Counted from the first letter of the stretch, positions 15,376 to 26,436 are shown. The stretch is DNA of 64,000 nt from a virus (IMGVR_UViG_3300030012_002710:3718-67717), one strand, 5' to 3'. Notes: a model not told the origin generated them from the letters alone. Translations and numbers: made by a program.

Positions 15376-18300
15376 TTATTTTTTTCTTGTTTCTACTTTT
15401 TTACTTCTAGATTTTGCTTTTTTTGATCTTGTTTTTGTTGTTTTTCTTCTTTGATTTGGCCCTAATTTTTCTTCTGGTTTAACACCAAGTTCCCAGTCAG
15501 CCCAACCAGCTAACATAGCTATTCTTGCCCATGCTTCATAATCAGAACTACTTGCATTTCTTATATTTTCTATTTTTTTAAAAGCTCTATCAAGAGGTAT
15601 ATTAAATCCTGCTGCTAATAATTGGCCTGCTGCTAAGTAAGCAGGATTATCTAATGAAAAACCTTTTTCCATTATTTCTTTTTTATTCCAATCATAAGTT
15701 CTAAAAGCTGCTTTTACTTTACCAACTTTAGAAGATATAGGTGGTGATATTTGTAGTATTTCTTTTACTACCACATCTTGATATTCAGGTCTTTTTTTAT
15801 CTCCTTCTTGATATAATTTAGTTGCAGTATTTTTTAAAACAGATACAATAGCGCCACCAACACCTAAGCCTCTTAATATACTATCAGCCATAGAGTTTAA
15901 AATACTAATATATTTTTTCTGTTTTTTCTTTTCTTTTTCTTCTAAAGTTTCGTCATCATCACCAAAACCTATAGCAAATAAAGCTTGTTGCATTGCGTTA
16001 AATAATAAGTTTTGAGCAAACCCATAATAAAATATTTTAGATATATTTGTCTTTGCGTCCCCTCGGCCATTCTTAAGATCGCTAGCAGCTTTTTTAATTA
16101 ATCTCGTGTATTGCATTGGAGTGTTAGCAAAAGCCAATATAATACGTCCTAATGGACTAGCTTGTTGTTGACTAATTCTATCAGGCCTACTAGACTGCTG
16201 TGATTCTTCTGCTATTTCTCTAAAATCTAAAAACGCTTCTTTCTCTGCTTCGGCTTTGCTTTTACCTTGTTTTTGTAAAGATTTAATTCTATTTCTATAA
16301 AACGTAGCACCACCTGATGCAATTGCAAAGCTATCTGCTATTTGTGTAGGTAAAAACCCAAGTCTAAGCATTTCACTTATAACACCTCTTACCCCACCTT
16401 TTTTAGCCATATCAGCTATATCATTTTCATTTACATTTAACCTTAAACCGTTTCTTCTGTCTACCAAAAAATCACTGTTCATTAAAGTCATAAAATCTTT
16501 CCAAAATTGTGGTTGATTAGCAAACGCTTTACCTGCAGCAAATATATTATTATCTTTAAAATTAATAAAGTTAACAGCTGATATAGTTTGAAGTACTGCA
16601 GATCTAGTATTAAAAAACATAATGGCACCAATAGAGTTTGTTAACCAGTCAGTTACTCTACCTGTTAATGTATCAGAATTAAATTCTCTGTTTCTACCAG
16701 TTCGCATACGTTTTAATATACCTTCTAACGCTACTCTATAGTTTTTACCATATGCAGCTTCAAGTTTATTTAAATTAGCTCTACTAAATATTTCATCTGC
16801 ATTATATTGCCATTGTTCTAAATACTTAGCTCTTTTGATAGTATTAATACCATCCATTAAATCTGTAGTAATAGTACCAGCAAGCCACCCAAATTTAGGT
16901 GCAGGATATGAATCACCTTTTTGTAATCTTATTAACTCATTAGCAAAAGTTACAAGCTCAGGTTTACTTTCAACAAAGCTTACTAATTCATTTATATCTG
17001 TTTGAGACATACCCTCTGGTCTCATACCCTGTAAATTCCATATATAAACTCTTACAGCTTGTTCTTGAGTATAAGGTTCTCCAGTTATTTTTTTTCTTAA
17101 ATTTTTAGGTACAATTTTTAAATCTTGTTTAAGCTTTTTAAAATCGTTTTGTAATGCTATACGATCTCTTGATATATTATCCATTGCTCTAGCAAATGGA
17201 TCTAATAAATTTTTTTTATACCAAGCCATTTGAGCATCACCAAGTTTACCTTTACCTAAGGTTTTATATAATAAACCCATAAAGTCTTCAGCAGAAGGAG
17301 GTATAAAGAAATTAAACCTACCTTTGCTAGCACCAACAACCTGTGCTTTAACATCTGAGTATACTTTTTCTGCACCTATACCCGTTTTGTTTTCTATTAT
17401 TTTATTAAAGTCGTCGCTTAAATTTTGTGATTTGCTAAATTTAATCTGAGCTTCAGCTTGCTCTAAATCTAATTCAGCCATTCTTTCTAACACCATATCA
17501 TTAGTATAGTCTTGACGTTTACTAAATTTAACAACACTAGGTAGTTTTTCATTATTAAAAGGTGCAGCAAGTTTTTCTGATTTAATGAGATCTTCTTGTA
17601 TTGCACTTATTAAATTTTTATCATAAATAGTTCCTTCAAAACCAAACTCTGATAAAACATATTTTGATGCTTCATTTTTATCATAGAATCTATAATACTT
17701 AGAAGTGTTTGTTTTACCATAAGCATCTATTTCATCAAACTTATTTTTATAACCAAACATACCTTTAAAATCGTTAGCAATAGATGTATCCCATGTGCCT
17801 GAAACAATAGACTTTAAAGACTGTACAGACTGCTGACTACTAGATTTAACATGTTCTAATTTTATTGGTCCATCTGGTTCACCTAAATAAAAACCATCTA
17901 AAGCAACTAAATCTCTTTCACCTTTTACGTTATCACTGTTTAATCTTTTTAATTTTAAAATGTAATCTAATCTGTTTTCAAATTCTTTTTGATTTTTAGA
18001 ATCATATAAATAATCTGTTAATAAAGAATTAAAAGCATTAAAAAAGTTTTTAGCAGATTCTTGATGTTCTCGTAAAGCTGGTAAGTTTTGTTTAGCAATT
18101 TTTATTTTTTCTTCTCTAGTTTTAGCTTCACTTATTTTTTTCTGAACATTTTTAAAACTACTAGCTGGTATTATAGTTTTTACTTTATCAAATAACTTTT
18201 GCGTTTTTTCTGAAACCCATTTAGGTTTAGTATTAGTATCAAGTGCCTTGTAAAACTCTTCTAATTTTCCATCACCAGTACTTCTTCTATGATAACCAAC

Positions 18301-21300
18301 TAACGCACCAGGTATAAAGCTTTTTCTTCTACCTAAAAGTATTTTATCTTCAGTATTTATTGCTTTTGTTATTTCTAAAGCATTTTTTATAAAATTATTT
18401 ACATCTTTAGTATTTTCTAATTTTAATCTTTTTTTACCTATTGTTCTTAAAGATTCAGTTGGTTTTAATTTAAAATTTAATTTATTTTTATCTACTAAAT
18501 TATAATAATTTAAGTTATCTGTTTCTTTTGTAAACTTAGCACCTTCTTTACCAGCTAATACAGCTTCTTCTAATGCAACATCAATAACACCTTCTAAATA
18601 TTCTGTATTATTAATTAATTTAGGGTTTACTCTTATTTCTTCTGCAATAGATTCTACAATAGCATCTTTACCTCTACCATCTGGAATAGCTGATAAAGCA
18701 TCATATATAACATCCTGATTTCTTTTACTAAACATAACAGGGTTTCTACCTTCTCCTATGTTTTCTATAATTCTAGGATCTGTACCTATTTCTTGTAAAT
18801 ATTGTCTTGCAGCTGTATTTGTAGCAGCTCTACCTATAAGCTCTAACATACCTTTTAAAGCTTGTGATGTACTACTTCTTACTTTAAACGTAGGTGATTT
18901 AACATTACCTTCAATACCTAAAGCTTTTTTAAATGATTCAACTGTAATATCTTTTTTCTTTGTAAACTGAAAGTTGTTACCTATTCTTTTACCTTTATTA
19001 TAAAATAGCTTTTGTATATTTCTTGGTACACCTGTTGGTAAACCACCAATAGATACTTTTTTACCAGGTTTATTTTTAGCTTCTACTTCTTTTACTTCTG
19101 TATTATTTTCAGGTAACAAGTTAATTATTGCTCTAGCATTTTTATTTATAAACATTAAAGCTTTTCTAGCTTCTGGTTGTGATAAGTTTGCAGCTGGTGA
19201 AAATATTTTTTTAGCTGGTATACCTACTAAATCAGCTATACCTTGTTCATCTAGTGTTCTTAATGTTTTGTATGTAAGTTCATTAACATTTAATTTTTTA
19301 AGCTCTTTAACTGTTTTTTCTACAAAATTAGTTTTAGCTTTTTCATCAAGACCAAATAATTTTAACGGATTAGTTGTTGGTTTTTTATCCTCTTTAATTG
19401 TTGTAGTTTCAACCTCTGGTGTGGTGTCTGCTATTTGTCTAGACTCAGGAGCGTCGATGCTAGTTGTAAGTGCTTCATCACCAATAAGTTGATCGTAAAA
19501 CTGCTGTCTTTTAGGCACTATGTTAGCATTGACATGTGTAGTAAATGCTGCTTTTGTAGGATCAAACCTATCTATAATACTTTTAAATTGTGATCTAACA
19601 AAACTTAATGCTTCTTCAGGAGCCACAGTACCTCTTCTTACATCATAACCTAATGCGGCTACAGCTACACTTTCATATTGATCTATTAAATCTTTTTCTA
19701 ATTTTTTATCATTACGGTTTTCATTATATTGCTCAGCTAAATTATTTACATTTTGTGTTTCTCTTTTAGATAATGAAACACGTTTTTTAGGAACAACTTT
19801 TGACTTTTGTTCTGGCTTAATTAATTCTCCTTCAGCACCTTCTTTTGCTAAAAGAACTTGAGCTAAAGTAAAATTACCTTTTTCCATGCTTTTATTAAAA
19901 TCTTTTAAAGCATTGTAAACATCTCTACCTTCATTAAATTTAATATTAACACCTAAGTTTTGTAAATTTCTTCTTACAACATCACCTACTTTTGTAGCAA
20001 AGTTTTCTTTGTATTTTATATTACCTGTATTTAAAGCTTCAACAAATAATGTTAAATACTCCTCAGCTTGCATTTCTTCAGTTTTATCTTTATATGATTT
20101 TAATCTTCTTTTAAAAGCAGGGTTTTCAACTTGGCTTGGATCTAATTTATCTAATTCAGATTTTAAAGCATCTCTCATTCTAATAGCAGCTTCAGGATTA
20201 CTTTTTAAAGTTTTATATAATAAAGCATGTAACGTTTCATGGAAAGGTGCTGCAACCGCTTTGTCTGTAGCGGCAAATTCTCTGTTAATTATAATAATTT
20301 GTTCATTGGTTTTAGGATCTTGATATATAAAAGCTTGTTGTTCAGGAGCTTCTTTAGGAATTTCTTTTTCTAAACCTCTTTCTTTAATAAATTTTTCTAC
20401 AGCTTTTGAATCCTCTAAGTCTTGTACTTCTAGTTTATCTATAAATCTTGATACATCTTTAGCTGTTTGAATATTAGAAGCTAGTTTTTCAGCTGTATTT
20501 CTAATATCATATATACCTTGTGACACTGCGTTAATTGCATCTTGATTTTCTTGGAGCATATCATCTCGAGTTTTTTTATCAACGCTTGTGTTTTGTGAAA
20601 TACCTTGTCTTTTTTTATTTAAATCTTGTAAAAGTTTACTACCTTCTTCAATTTGTTTTATTTGAGCAGGTGTTAATGCTGCTATTAACTGATCATTTTC
20701 ATTATAAGTTTCAGTAAGTTTTTTTATAATTTCTTGTTGTGATTTTTCTATTTGATTAATTTGCTCTGTTGTAAGATTTTTTTGATATTTAGAATTTTCT
20801 AATACACCTAACTTTCTAACATAATTTGATATTCTTTCATTTTGAGCTTTAGTTCTCATAGCTCTTTTAACTGTTCTTCCTACAACTGAAACACCTTTAC
20901 CACCTACATAACCTTGTAATAAAGTTTCTATCCCTTCATTAGACTTCATTGTTTCAAAAGCATTTTTACTAGCTTCTTCTAAAGTTAATCCAGTGGCTAA
21001 ATTTCTATTTAGTTCTTCTAAACCAAACTGTGTCCATTCGGTTACTGCATTTGTTGTTCCAGGACCAGGTAAGTTTAATAATGTATATAATGCTCCTTTT
21101 TGTGCTAAAGGTGCACCATTAATATATTTAATAGCACTTTTTAAACCAGCTCTTTCTAATAAAAAACCAGCTGTACCTAAAACAACAGGGGTTAATGTTT
21201 CAGCTTGACCACTTTCTACTAATTGATCTAAAGTAATACCTAAACTTGCAGCTTTTTGATTATTAAATTCTTGTATAGAACTTCCAATCATATCTGTAGC

Positions 21301-22311
21301 TAAACCTACACCGTAAGTACTTGCACTAATAGCAGCTGAAGTACCAAAAGCTGTAAAGGCATTAAAACTAGCAGCTAGTCCACCACCAATATAACTAGCT
21401 TTTCCTTCAGGTAAATCTGTAAAACCAATTGTTTGTCTATTAACTTTATTTCTTTTATCTAAGTCTTTTGAAAATTTTATATAAGTATCTTGCCAATATT
21501 TTCTATAATCTTTACTTTCTTCCCAACCAAAAGTATTAGGTAAAATATCTGTATTACTTAATAAAGCTGCTAAAGTTAATCCAGCCCTATTATCTACAGT
21601 ATTTATTTGATTAAAAGCATTTACTATAGTATTATAAGAACTAGTTAAAGCTGACATATCTTTTCCAGTCTGTTTAGGATCAGTAACAGAAGCCATAGCA
21701 TCTATAATTTTTTCACCTGTTTTACCAAGCACTATTTCACCTAATCCTCCTATGTGTGATAAAGCAATTGTATCATCGTCAGGATCACCTAAAATCATTT
21801 TCATTAATTCATCGGCAAATTTATTTTCTTCGTTTTGAGATATTTCTTTATATTTTTCTCCTGTAACTACTACTTCATCTAAATCTAATGGATCAAAACC
21901 TTCTTGTATTTGTCTTAGTTTTGCACCACCTTCTTCTGTAAAAACAGATCCTGTAGATTCTTGATATTGTTGCATAGACTCACCACCTGTATAAAGAGGA
22001 TTACCTTCATAAGATCTTTGATTTAAATACAAAGGGTTTATTTGTTCTTTTACTTTATTATATTTTTCTACTAATTTATTAAACTCTATTATTCTATTAG
22101 GTGAATCCATGTTATCCATTTCCATATCATCACCTGCTATGTTTTTAATTTCTTGTGTTATGCTAGCTAACTCATCTAATTTATTTACAGGATCTTCAGG
22201 TTCAACAGACAAAGGAGTGGCTTCAGGATAAGTTGATACTAAAGTATTTACTACATCTTTCCTATTATTAGGAATAGTATATGTGTCTTTACCAACTTTG
22301 TATTTAAACAT
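15376..22311 (-). CDS. giant internal virion/ejection polyvalent protein (HExxH peptidase, sigma-like domain)
   Basis: 2311 aa; last of three genes after the tail module; HETLH at 20227-20241; helical C-terminal region; FSK-type linkers. Confidence 0.8.
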   Translation of the reverse strand: MFKYKVGKDTYTIPNNRKDVVNTLVSTYPEATPLSVEPEDPVNKLDELASITQEIKNIAGDDMEMDNMDSPNRIIEFNKLVEKYNKVKEQINPLYLNQRSYEGNPLYTGGESMQQYQESTGSVFTEEGGAKLRQIQEGFDPLDLDEVVVTGEKYKEISQNEENKFADELMKMILGDPDDDTIALSHIGGLGEIVLGKTGEKIIDAMASVTDPKQTGKDMSALTSSYNTIVNAFNQINTVDNRAGLTLAALLSNTDILPNTFGWEESKDYRKYWQDTYIKFSKDLDKRNKVNRQTIGFTDLPEGKASYIGGGLAASFNAFTAFGTSAAISASTYGVGLATDMIGSSIQEFNNQKAASLGITLDQLVESGQAETLTPVVLGTAGFLLERAGLKSAIKYINGAPLAQKGALYTLLNLPGPGTTNAVTEWTQFGLEELNRNLATGLTLEEASKNAFETMKSNEGIETLLQGYVGGKGVSVVGRTVKRAMRTKAQNERISNYVRKLGVLENSKYQKNLTTEQINQIEKSQQEIIKKLTETYNENDQLIAALTPAQIKQIEEGSKLLQDLNKKRQGISQNTSVDKKTRDDMLQENQDAINAVSQGIYDIRNTAEKLASNIQTAKDVSRFIDKLEVQDLEDSKAVEKFIKERGLEKEIPKEAPEQQAFIYQDPKTNEQIIIINREFAATDKAVAAPFHETLHALLYKTLKSNPEAAIRMRDALKSELDKLDPSQVENPAFKRRLKSYKDKTEEMQAEEYLTLFVEALNTGNIKYKENFATKVGDVVRRNLQNLGVNIKFNEGRDVYNALKDFNKSMEKGNFTLAQVLLAKEGAEGELIKPEQKSKVVPKKRVSLSKRETQNVNNLAEQYNENRNDKKLEKDLIDQYESVAVAALGYDVRRGTVAPEEALSFVRSQFKSIIDRFDPTKAAFTTHVNANIVPKRQQFYDQLIGDEALTTSIDAPESRQIADTTPEVETTTIKEDKKPTTNPLKLFGLDEKAKTNFVEKTVKELKKLNVNELTYKTLRTLDEQGIADLVGIPAKKIFSPAANLSQPEARKALMFINKNARAIINLLPENNTEVKEVEAKNKPGKKVSIGGLPTGVPRNIQKLFYNKGKRIGNNFQFTKKKDITVESFKKALGIEGNVKSPTFKVRSSTSQALKGMLELIGRAATNTAARQYLQEIGTDPRIIENIGEGRNPVMFSKRNQDVIYDALSAIPDGRGKDAIVESIAEEIRVNPKLINNTEYLEGVIDVALEEAVLAGKEGAKFTKETDNLNYYNLVDKNKLNFKLKPTESLRTIGKKRLKLENTKDVNNFIKNALEITKAINTEDKILLGRRKSFIPGALVGYHRRSTGDGKLEEFYKALDTNTKPKWVSEKTQKLFDKVKTIIPASSFKNVQKKISEAKTREEKIKIAKQNLPALREHQESAKNFFNAFNSLLTDYLYDSKNQKEFENRLDYILKLKRLNSDNVKGERDLVALDGFYLGEPDGPIKLEHVKSSSQQSVQSLKSIVSGTWDTSIANDFKGMFGYKNKFDEIDAYGKTNTSKYYRFYDKNEASKYVLSEFGFEGTIYDKNLISAIQEDLIKSEKLAAPFNNEKLPSVVKFSKRQDYTNDMVLERMAELDLEQAEAQIKFSKSQNLSDDFNKIIENKTGIGAEKVYSDVKAQVVGASKGRFNFFIPPSAEDFMGLLYKTLGKGKLGDAQMAWYKKNLLDPFARAMDNISRDRIALQNDFKKLKQDLKIVPKNLRKKITGEPYTQEQAVRVYIWNLQGMRPEGMSQTDINELVSFVESKPELVTFANELIRLQKGDSYPAPKFGWLAGTITTDLMDGINTIKRAKYLEQWQYNADEIFSRANLNKLEAAYGKNYRVALEGILKRMRTGRNREFNSDTLTGRVTDWLTNSIGAIMFFNTRSAVLQTISAVNFINFKDNNIFAAGKAFANQPQFWKDFMTLMNSDFLVDRRNGLRLNVNENDIADMAKKGGVRGVISEMLRLGFLPTQIADSFAIASGGATFYRNRIKSLQKQGKSKAEAEKEAFLDFREIAEESQQSSRPDRISQQQASPLGRIILAFANTPMQYTRLIKKAASDLKNGRGDAKTNISKIFYYGFAQNLLFNAMQQALFAIGFGDDDETLEEKEKKKQKKYISILNSMADSILRGLGVGGAIVSVLKNTATKLYQEGDKKRPEYQDVVVKEILQISPPISSKVGKVKAAFRTYDWNKKEIMEKGFSLDNPAYLAAGQLLAAGFNIPLDRAFKKIENIRNASSSDYEAWARIAMLAGWADWELGVKPEEKLGPNQRRKTTKTRSKKAKSRSKKVETRKK

Positions 22312-23837
22312 TATTTGTCTTTAAAATTTAATAATTGATCTGCTGGTTTATCAAATGGTGTTAAACTAATATCCTCTACACCAAGTAAAATATCTGCGCT
22401 TTTACCGTATTGAGTAGAAGAATAATTTTTCATTAAATCTAACCAATCAGATGTTGATGTATCAAAAAGATCTAATTCATTTATTAGTTCTTCACTGTCT
22501 CCTTTGTCTTTCCATAATTTTAATTTATTACCTACAACTTCAACAGAAGCTATTTTGCCTTCTTTTGTAGTTATACCTTTTAAAAAGTCAAACGAATTAG
22601 TATCTTTGTTATAATTATTTATTGCATCTTGAAAAGCATTTTCTACTTTTTTAACCGCTGCGTTAGTTCTTATTTCAGATTTAGTTAATTTGTTGTCATC
22701 AGTGCTTTCTTTTGGAACATTTCTAAGTGAACCTTCTTTATCTGCAACAGTTAACGTAGATTTAAATATTTCTTTTTCATTTGTTATTTCATAGTTAGGT
22801 ATTAAAGTCTTAGCTCTTTTTAAATACATTTCTATCCACTTTACTTTTGATTCTTCATCTAAAACTTTTCCACCACTAGCGGTGTCTACAAACTTTAATT
22901 TAAAATCATTATCTTCACCTGCATTTAATTCCCACGTGGCATTAACAGATGCATAATCTTTATCATCTTCTAAATGAGATTCTGCTGCAGCTTGTAATTG
23001 AGTTAAAATTTTACTAGAAATAGCTGCTGTATTATATGGTGTAACGTCATATTGTCTAGTGCCATCAGCGTTTGTTCTAGTAAAACTTCTAGACCTGTCA
23101 AGCATACTAGCATCAAACTTACCAGTTTCAGTATTATAAATACCAGTTTTATCTATTGCTGCTTGAGCAGAAGCTTTCATATCTATAATTACACCAGGTT
23201 CATATTCTAACATAGCACTAATATTTATATCTTCTTTAATACCAGATACAGTGCCAAATAATTGTTTATCTTTAACATAAATAGAATCTAATTTACCTTC
23301 TATTCCTGATATAGCTCTCATAACCTTATGATACTTTTGCGTTTCTTCTCCACCTACTAAAGCAATACCATTAGGTGTATCTGGTTTTGGTGCATCTCCA
23401 GTAAAACCCATATCTTTAAAATAGTCAACTTTACCTTTTTCTAAAACTGTACCTAAAGTAGCTAACAATGATATTGCACTTTGTTTTTCACTTAATAAAT
23501 TCATCAAGTATTGTTTATCTTCCATAGATCCTGTAGAATACTTTATTTGACTTTGTAGCTTAGAAATATCATCCATAGTACCCATGCCATATTTAAAAAA
23601 TACATCTGAATTTATACCAGCATTAGCCATTCTTTTATTAAGCTCTGTTCTATTATCTAAAGCATTTTTAATAATATCAACATTTCTTTTTTCTTCTGCT
23701 TGAGCTTGTTTTGTTTTTCTTTGTTGAATAGTATTCATGGTATTAATGGTAACTTGTGCAATATTATTTATTGCATTAGCCCACATTTTACCTGATTCTG
23801 TATCTATTACGGTTATTGGATTTTCGTATGCTCCCAT
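22311..23837 (-). CDS. putative internal virion/ejection protein
   Basis: 508 aa; position between the small ejection protein and the giant protein. Confidence 0.65.
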   Translation of the reverse strand: MGAYENPITVIDTESGKMWANAINNIAQVTINTMNTIQQRKTKQAQAEEKRNVDIIKNALDNRTELNKRMANAGINSDVFFKYGMGTMDDISKLQSQIKYSTGSMEDKQYLMNLLSEKQSAISLLATLGTVLEKGKVDYFKDMGFTGDAPKPDTPNGIALVGGEETQKYHKVMRAISGIEGKLDSIYVKDKQLFGTVSGIKEDINISAMLEYEPGVIIDMKASAQAAIDKTGIYNTETGKFDASMLDRSRSFTRTNADGTRQYDVTPYNTAAISSKILTQLQAAAESHLEDDKDYASVNATWELNAGEDNDFKLKFVDTASGGKVLDEESKVKWIEMYLKRAKTLIPNYEITNEKEIFKSTLTVADKEGSLRNVPKESTDDNKLTKSEIRTNAAVKKVENAFQDAINNYNKDTNSFDFLKGITTKEGKIASVEVVGNKLKLWKDKGDSEELINELDLFDTSTSDWLDLMKNYSSTQYGKSADILLGVEDISLTPFDKPADQLLNFKDK

Positions 23838-23851
23838 TTTTATCCTTTTTA

Positions 23852-24583
23852 TTATTGGCTACCCGCTGCACCTACTGCAGCACCAGCCATACTACCAAAA
23901 GCAGAAACACCTGCTGATATAGCAGCTGCTTGGTTTTGCCTTCCAGCTATTTCTGCTTGCTGTTGTCCAGTTATTTGTGCTTGTTTTCTATTTAATTGTT
24001 CTGTTTCTCTTCTTTCTTGTTCACTATAAACAAACTGTTTACCAGAAACTTCTACCTGTTGCATCCTAGCCGCTTCACCCATTAATGCACCTTGAACTCT
24101 TAATGCTTCACTCATTTTAGTTTGTTGCAATTGTTGTTCTCCTTGTAATCTTAGTTTTTCGTTTTGAGCTTCTTGTTGTTCTATATTAGCAGCAACACCT
24201 TGTTTACTTTTAAGTGCAGCTTGAGCAAGTGCTGTAGCACCTCCTGCAGATGCACCGCTAGCTTGTAAAGCATCTAAAGTATTAGCTAAAGCTATATCTG
24301 ATTGTTCCATTTGTATTTCAGCCGCTTTTGTAGCTACCCCTAAGTTCTCGTATGGGTTTGAAATCATACCACTTAAATCAGAAATCATTGAAGATAAGTC
24401 GGTTACTCCTTCATAAGGATTAATAATTTCTTGTCTGTTATTTTCTAAAACTCTTAATTCGCTTTCAAGTCTTCTTTTTTCTCGCGCTGCTCTTCTAGCT
24501 TGTTTAGCTCCTGAAGCCGCACCTATGGCTGCACCACCTAATGTTGCTACACCACCTATTATTGCTGCTGCTACAAATGTCAT
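23852..24583 (-). CDS. putative DNA ejection protein (small, Ala/Gly/Gln-rich)
   Basis: Hydrophobic Gly/Ala N-terminus and Q-rich helices typical of podoviral pilot proteins. Confidence 0.7.
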   Translation of the reverse strand: MTFVAAAIIGGVATLGGAAIGAASGAKQARRAAREKRRLESELRVLENNRQEIINPYEGVTDLSSMISDLSGMISNPYENLGVATKAAEIQMEQSDIALANTLDALQASGASAGGATALAQAALKSKQGVAANIEQQEAQNEKLRLQGEQQLQQTKMSEALRVQGALMGEAARMQQVEVSGKQFVYSEQERRETEQLNRKQAQITGQQQAEIAGRQNQAAAISAGVSAFGSMAGAAVGAAGSQ

Positions 24584-24954
24584 AATTCTACAATTTGTTT
24601 TTCAAGTTTTTTTATATTTTTTGTATTACTAGGGTTTTTATGAACATTTATAAAAATAGATTTTTCATGTGCATAAATAATTCTTTGAGCACCAGGTTTT
24701 GATATAGTATAACAAGGAGCTATATGATCTATTACCTCACCATTTTCTTTTATAGTTACTTTACCTTCTAATAAAAACCAAACATGTAAGTGTTTGTGTT
24801 TTGCGCCTAATACAGCTTGATCTTTTTGCATAACCATTTTTCTTAAATAAACTTGATCTGCAAAATCATGTGTTATAGGTATTTCTTCTACTTCAACAAT
24901 GTTACCATTGTTATGTGCTATTTGTATATTGTTTTCTAATTCAATTAATTCCAT
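24580..24954 (-). CDS. cupin-like protein
   Basis: H.F...VY.R.M......G..HKH.H...LL.G cupin-like motif. Confidence 0.6.
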   Translation of the reverse strand: MELIELENNIQIAHNNGNIVEVEEIPITHDFADQVYLRKMVMQKDQAVLGAKHKHLHVWFLLEGKVTIKENGEVIDHIAPCYTISKPGAQRIIYAHEKSIFINVHKNPSNTKNIKKLEKQIVEL

Positions 24955-26436
24955 TTAATATGCTGATTCTACAAAATCCGATGATACTGCAAATAATTCT
25001 TTCATACCACCTGGATCTGTTAATGTGTCTGTTGATACTTTTACCGTTGCAAAATAACCTTTTATACCTGTCATTTGTTTACCAAATACTACTTCACCTG
25101 GTGCTGCTGTACTATCATTAACTAGATTAGCAACATATTTGTTTTCTTTTCTATCAAAACCAGCATGATTAATAGGTGGTATTAAAGCTGTTGTATTAGC
25201 TGTAATAGGTGTTGTTGTTAAGTTTGCAAACGTATTACCAAAGTTATCATATGATCCTTCATTATAACTTCGTATAAATGCTACACTATCATTAGTGTTT
25301 GTTGTAGCATAATTTTCAAAATCTGTATTAATGCTACCTATACCGGTTGAGTCAGATACAAAGCTATCAACCTCCCAACCATTGCTACCTTCGTAGTTAA
25401 CTGTTTTAAATACTTTAGATACACTTACAGATGGGTTAAATATAAACTCTATAGATGCATCACCTTGTGTACCATAAAACTGACATCTTGGCTGTGTAGA
25501 TATATAATGTTGATATAAACCTCCTGTATCACTAGCACCTGTAGATGATGGCCCTGTTGTATAAAACTTATTTTTTAAACTTAACATCATACCAGGTTTA
25601 TATGTATATAAACTAGTCCACCCTTGTACTTGTTCATCAAAAGATAATGTTTTGTAATCTACATAAGATGTATCTGGTTGTATAGATAATACATATTGTT
25701 TATTATATATATCCCACCCACCAGTTAGTTTACCATTACCCATAGTACCAAATTGATCTCTAAAAAAGTCAATCATACCATAGTTAGATATTTCAGTTAA
25801 ACCATCTTGTGATAATCTCATTACAGCATTTCTATCTTTGTCTGTAAAGTATTTTCTTCTACCATATACAGCAAAGCTTTCAGGGTTTTTACTAATACCA
25901 AAGTTACCTACGTATGCTTGTACTGTACCTATTACCATATTAGATGCTGTAACATTTGGTGTGCCTTCGGCTGTATATATAATATCTTTATCTATAGGTG
26001 CTCTGTTAACTTTCTTTTCTTGAAATATAATTAAGTTAGTATCTTCTGCATATAGTTTTTGTATACTGCCGTTAGCTGGATCTACACTTTTTGTTATATC
26101 TTCACCTATAGGAAATACGTTTGTATCATTTATACCAGTTCTAGCATTAAATATACCAGAGTAAATTAAAGAGTTTATTCTTCTAGATGCTTTAGGATTG
26201 TCTTCTACTAAAAATGCTCTTACACCTTGACCACAATAAGTGTTGTTATAACCACCTCTTATTCTTGATTCTTCTATAGCCCAGTCTCTTTCATTATCTG
26301 GATTAGTTGTTATAGCAGGATATGTACCATCACCTCTAGACCCGTTCCATTCAGCTGGTGCAGGGTTAGTGGTATCATTTAAAGTCTTTCTAAGTATAAA
26401 AGAATTAAAAAATTTTACTTCTAATGTTGCTGCCAT
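24955..26436 (-). CDS. tail stabilisation/nozzle protein, C-terminal part
   Basis: SLIYSG, GSIQKL, FGIS.NPESFA, YFTD, KVFKT..YEG, F..KENKY motifs (P22 gp10-like). Confidence 0.75.
   Translation of the reverse strand: MAATLEVKFFNSFILRKTLNDTTNPAPAEWNGSRGDGTYPAITTNPDNERDWAIEESRIRGGYNNTYCGQGVRAFLVEDNPKASRRINSLIYSGIFNARTGINDTNVFPIGEDITKSVDPANGSIQKLYAEDTNLIIFQEKKVNRAPIDKDIIYTAEGTPNVTASNMVIGTVQAYVGNFGISKNPESFAVYGRRKYFTDKDRNAVMRLSQDGLTEISNYGMIDFFRDQFGTMGNGKLTGGWDIYNKQYVLSIQPDTSYVDYKTLSFDEQVQGWTSLYTYKPGMMLSLKNKFYTTGPSSTGASDTGGLYQHYISTQPRCQFYGTQGDASIEFIFNPSVSVSKVFKTVNYEGSNGWEVDSFVSDSTGIGSINTDFENYATTNTNDSVAFIRSYNEGSYDNFGNTFANLTTTPITANTTALIPPINHAGFDRKENKYVANLVNDSTAAPGEVVFGKQMTGIKGYFATVKVSTDTLTDPGGMKELFAVSSDFVESAY

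Noticed and set aside
15969-16080. GC-rich patch and short +1 ORF (MAEGTQRQIYLKYF...) near the end of the giant gene
   Set aside because: 33 aa and a weak codon signal; not distinguishable from noise by eye.
15376-22311. Possible virion RNA polymerase, as in crAss-like phages
   Set aside because: No DFDID/DxDGD catalytic motif in a plausible context; DLD and DPDDD lie in the acidic N-terminus.
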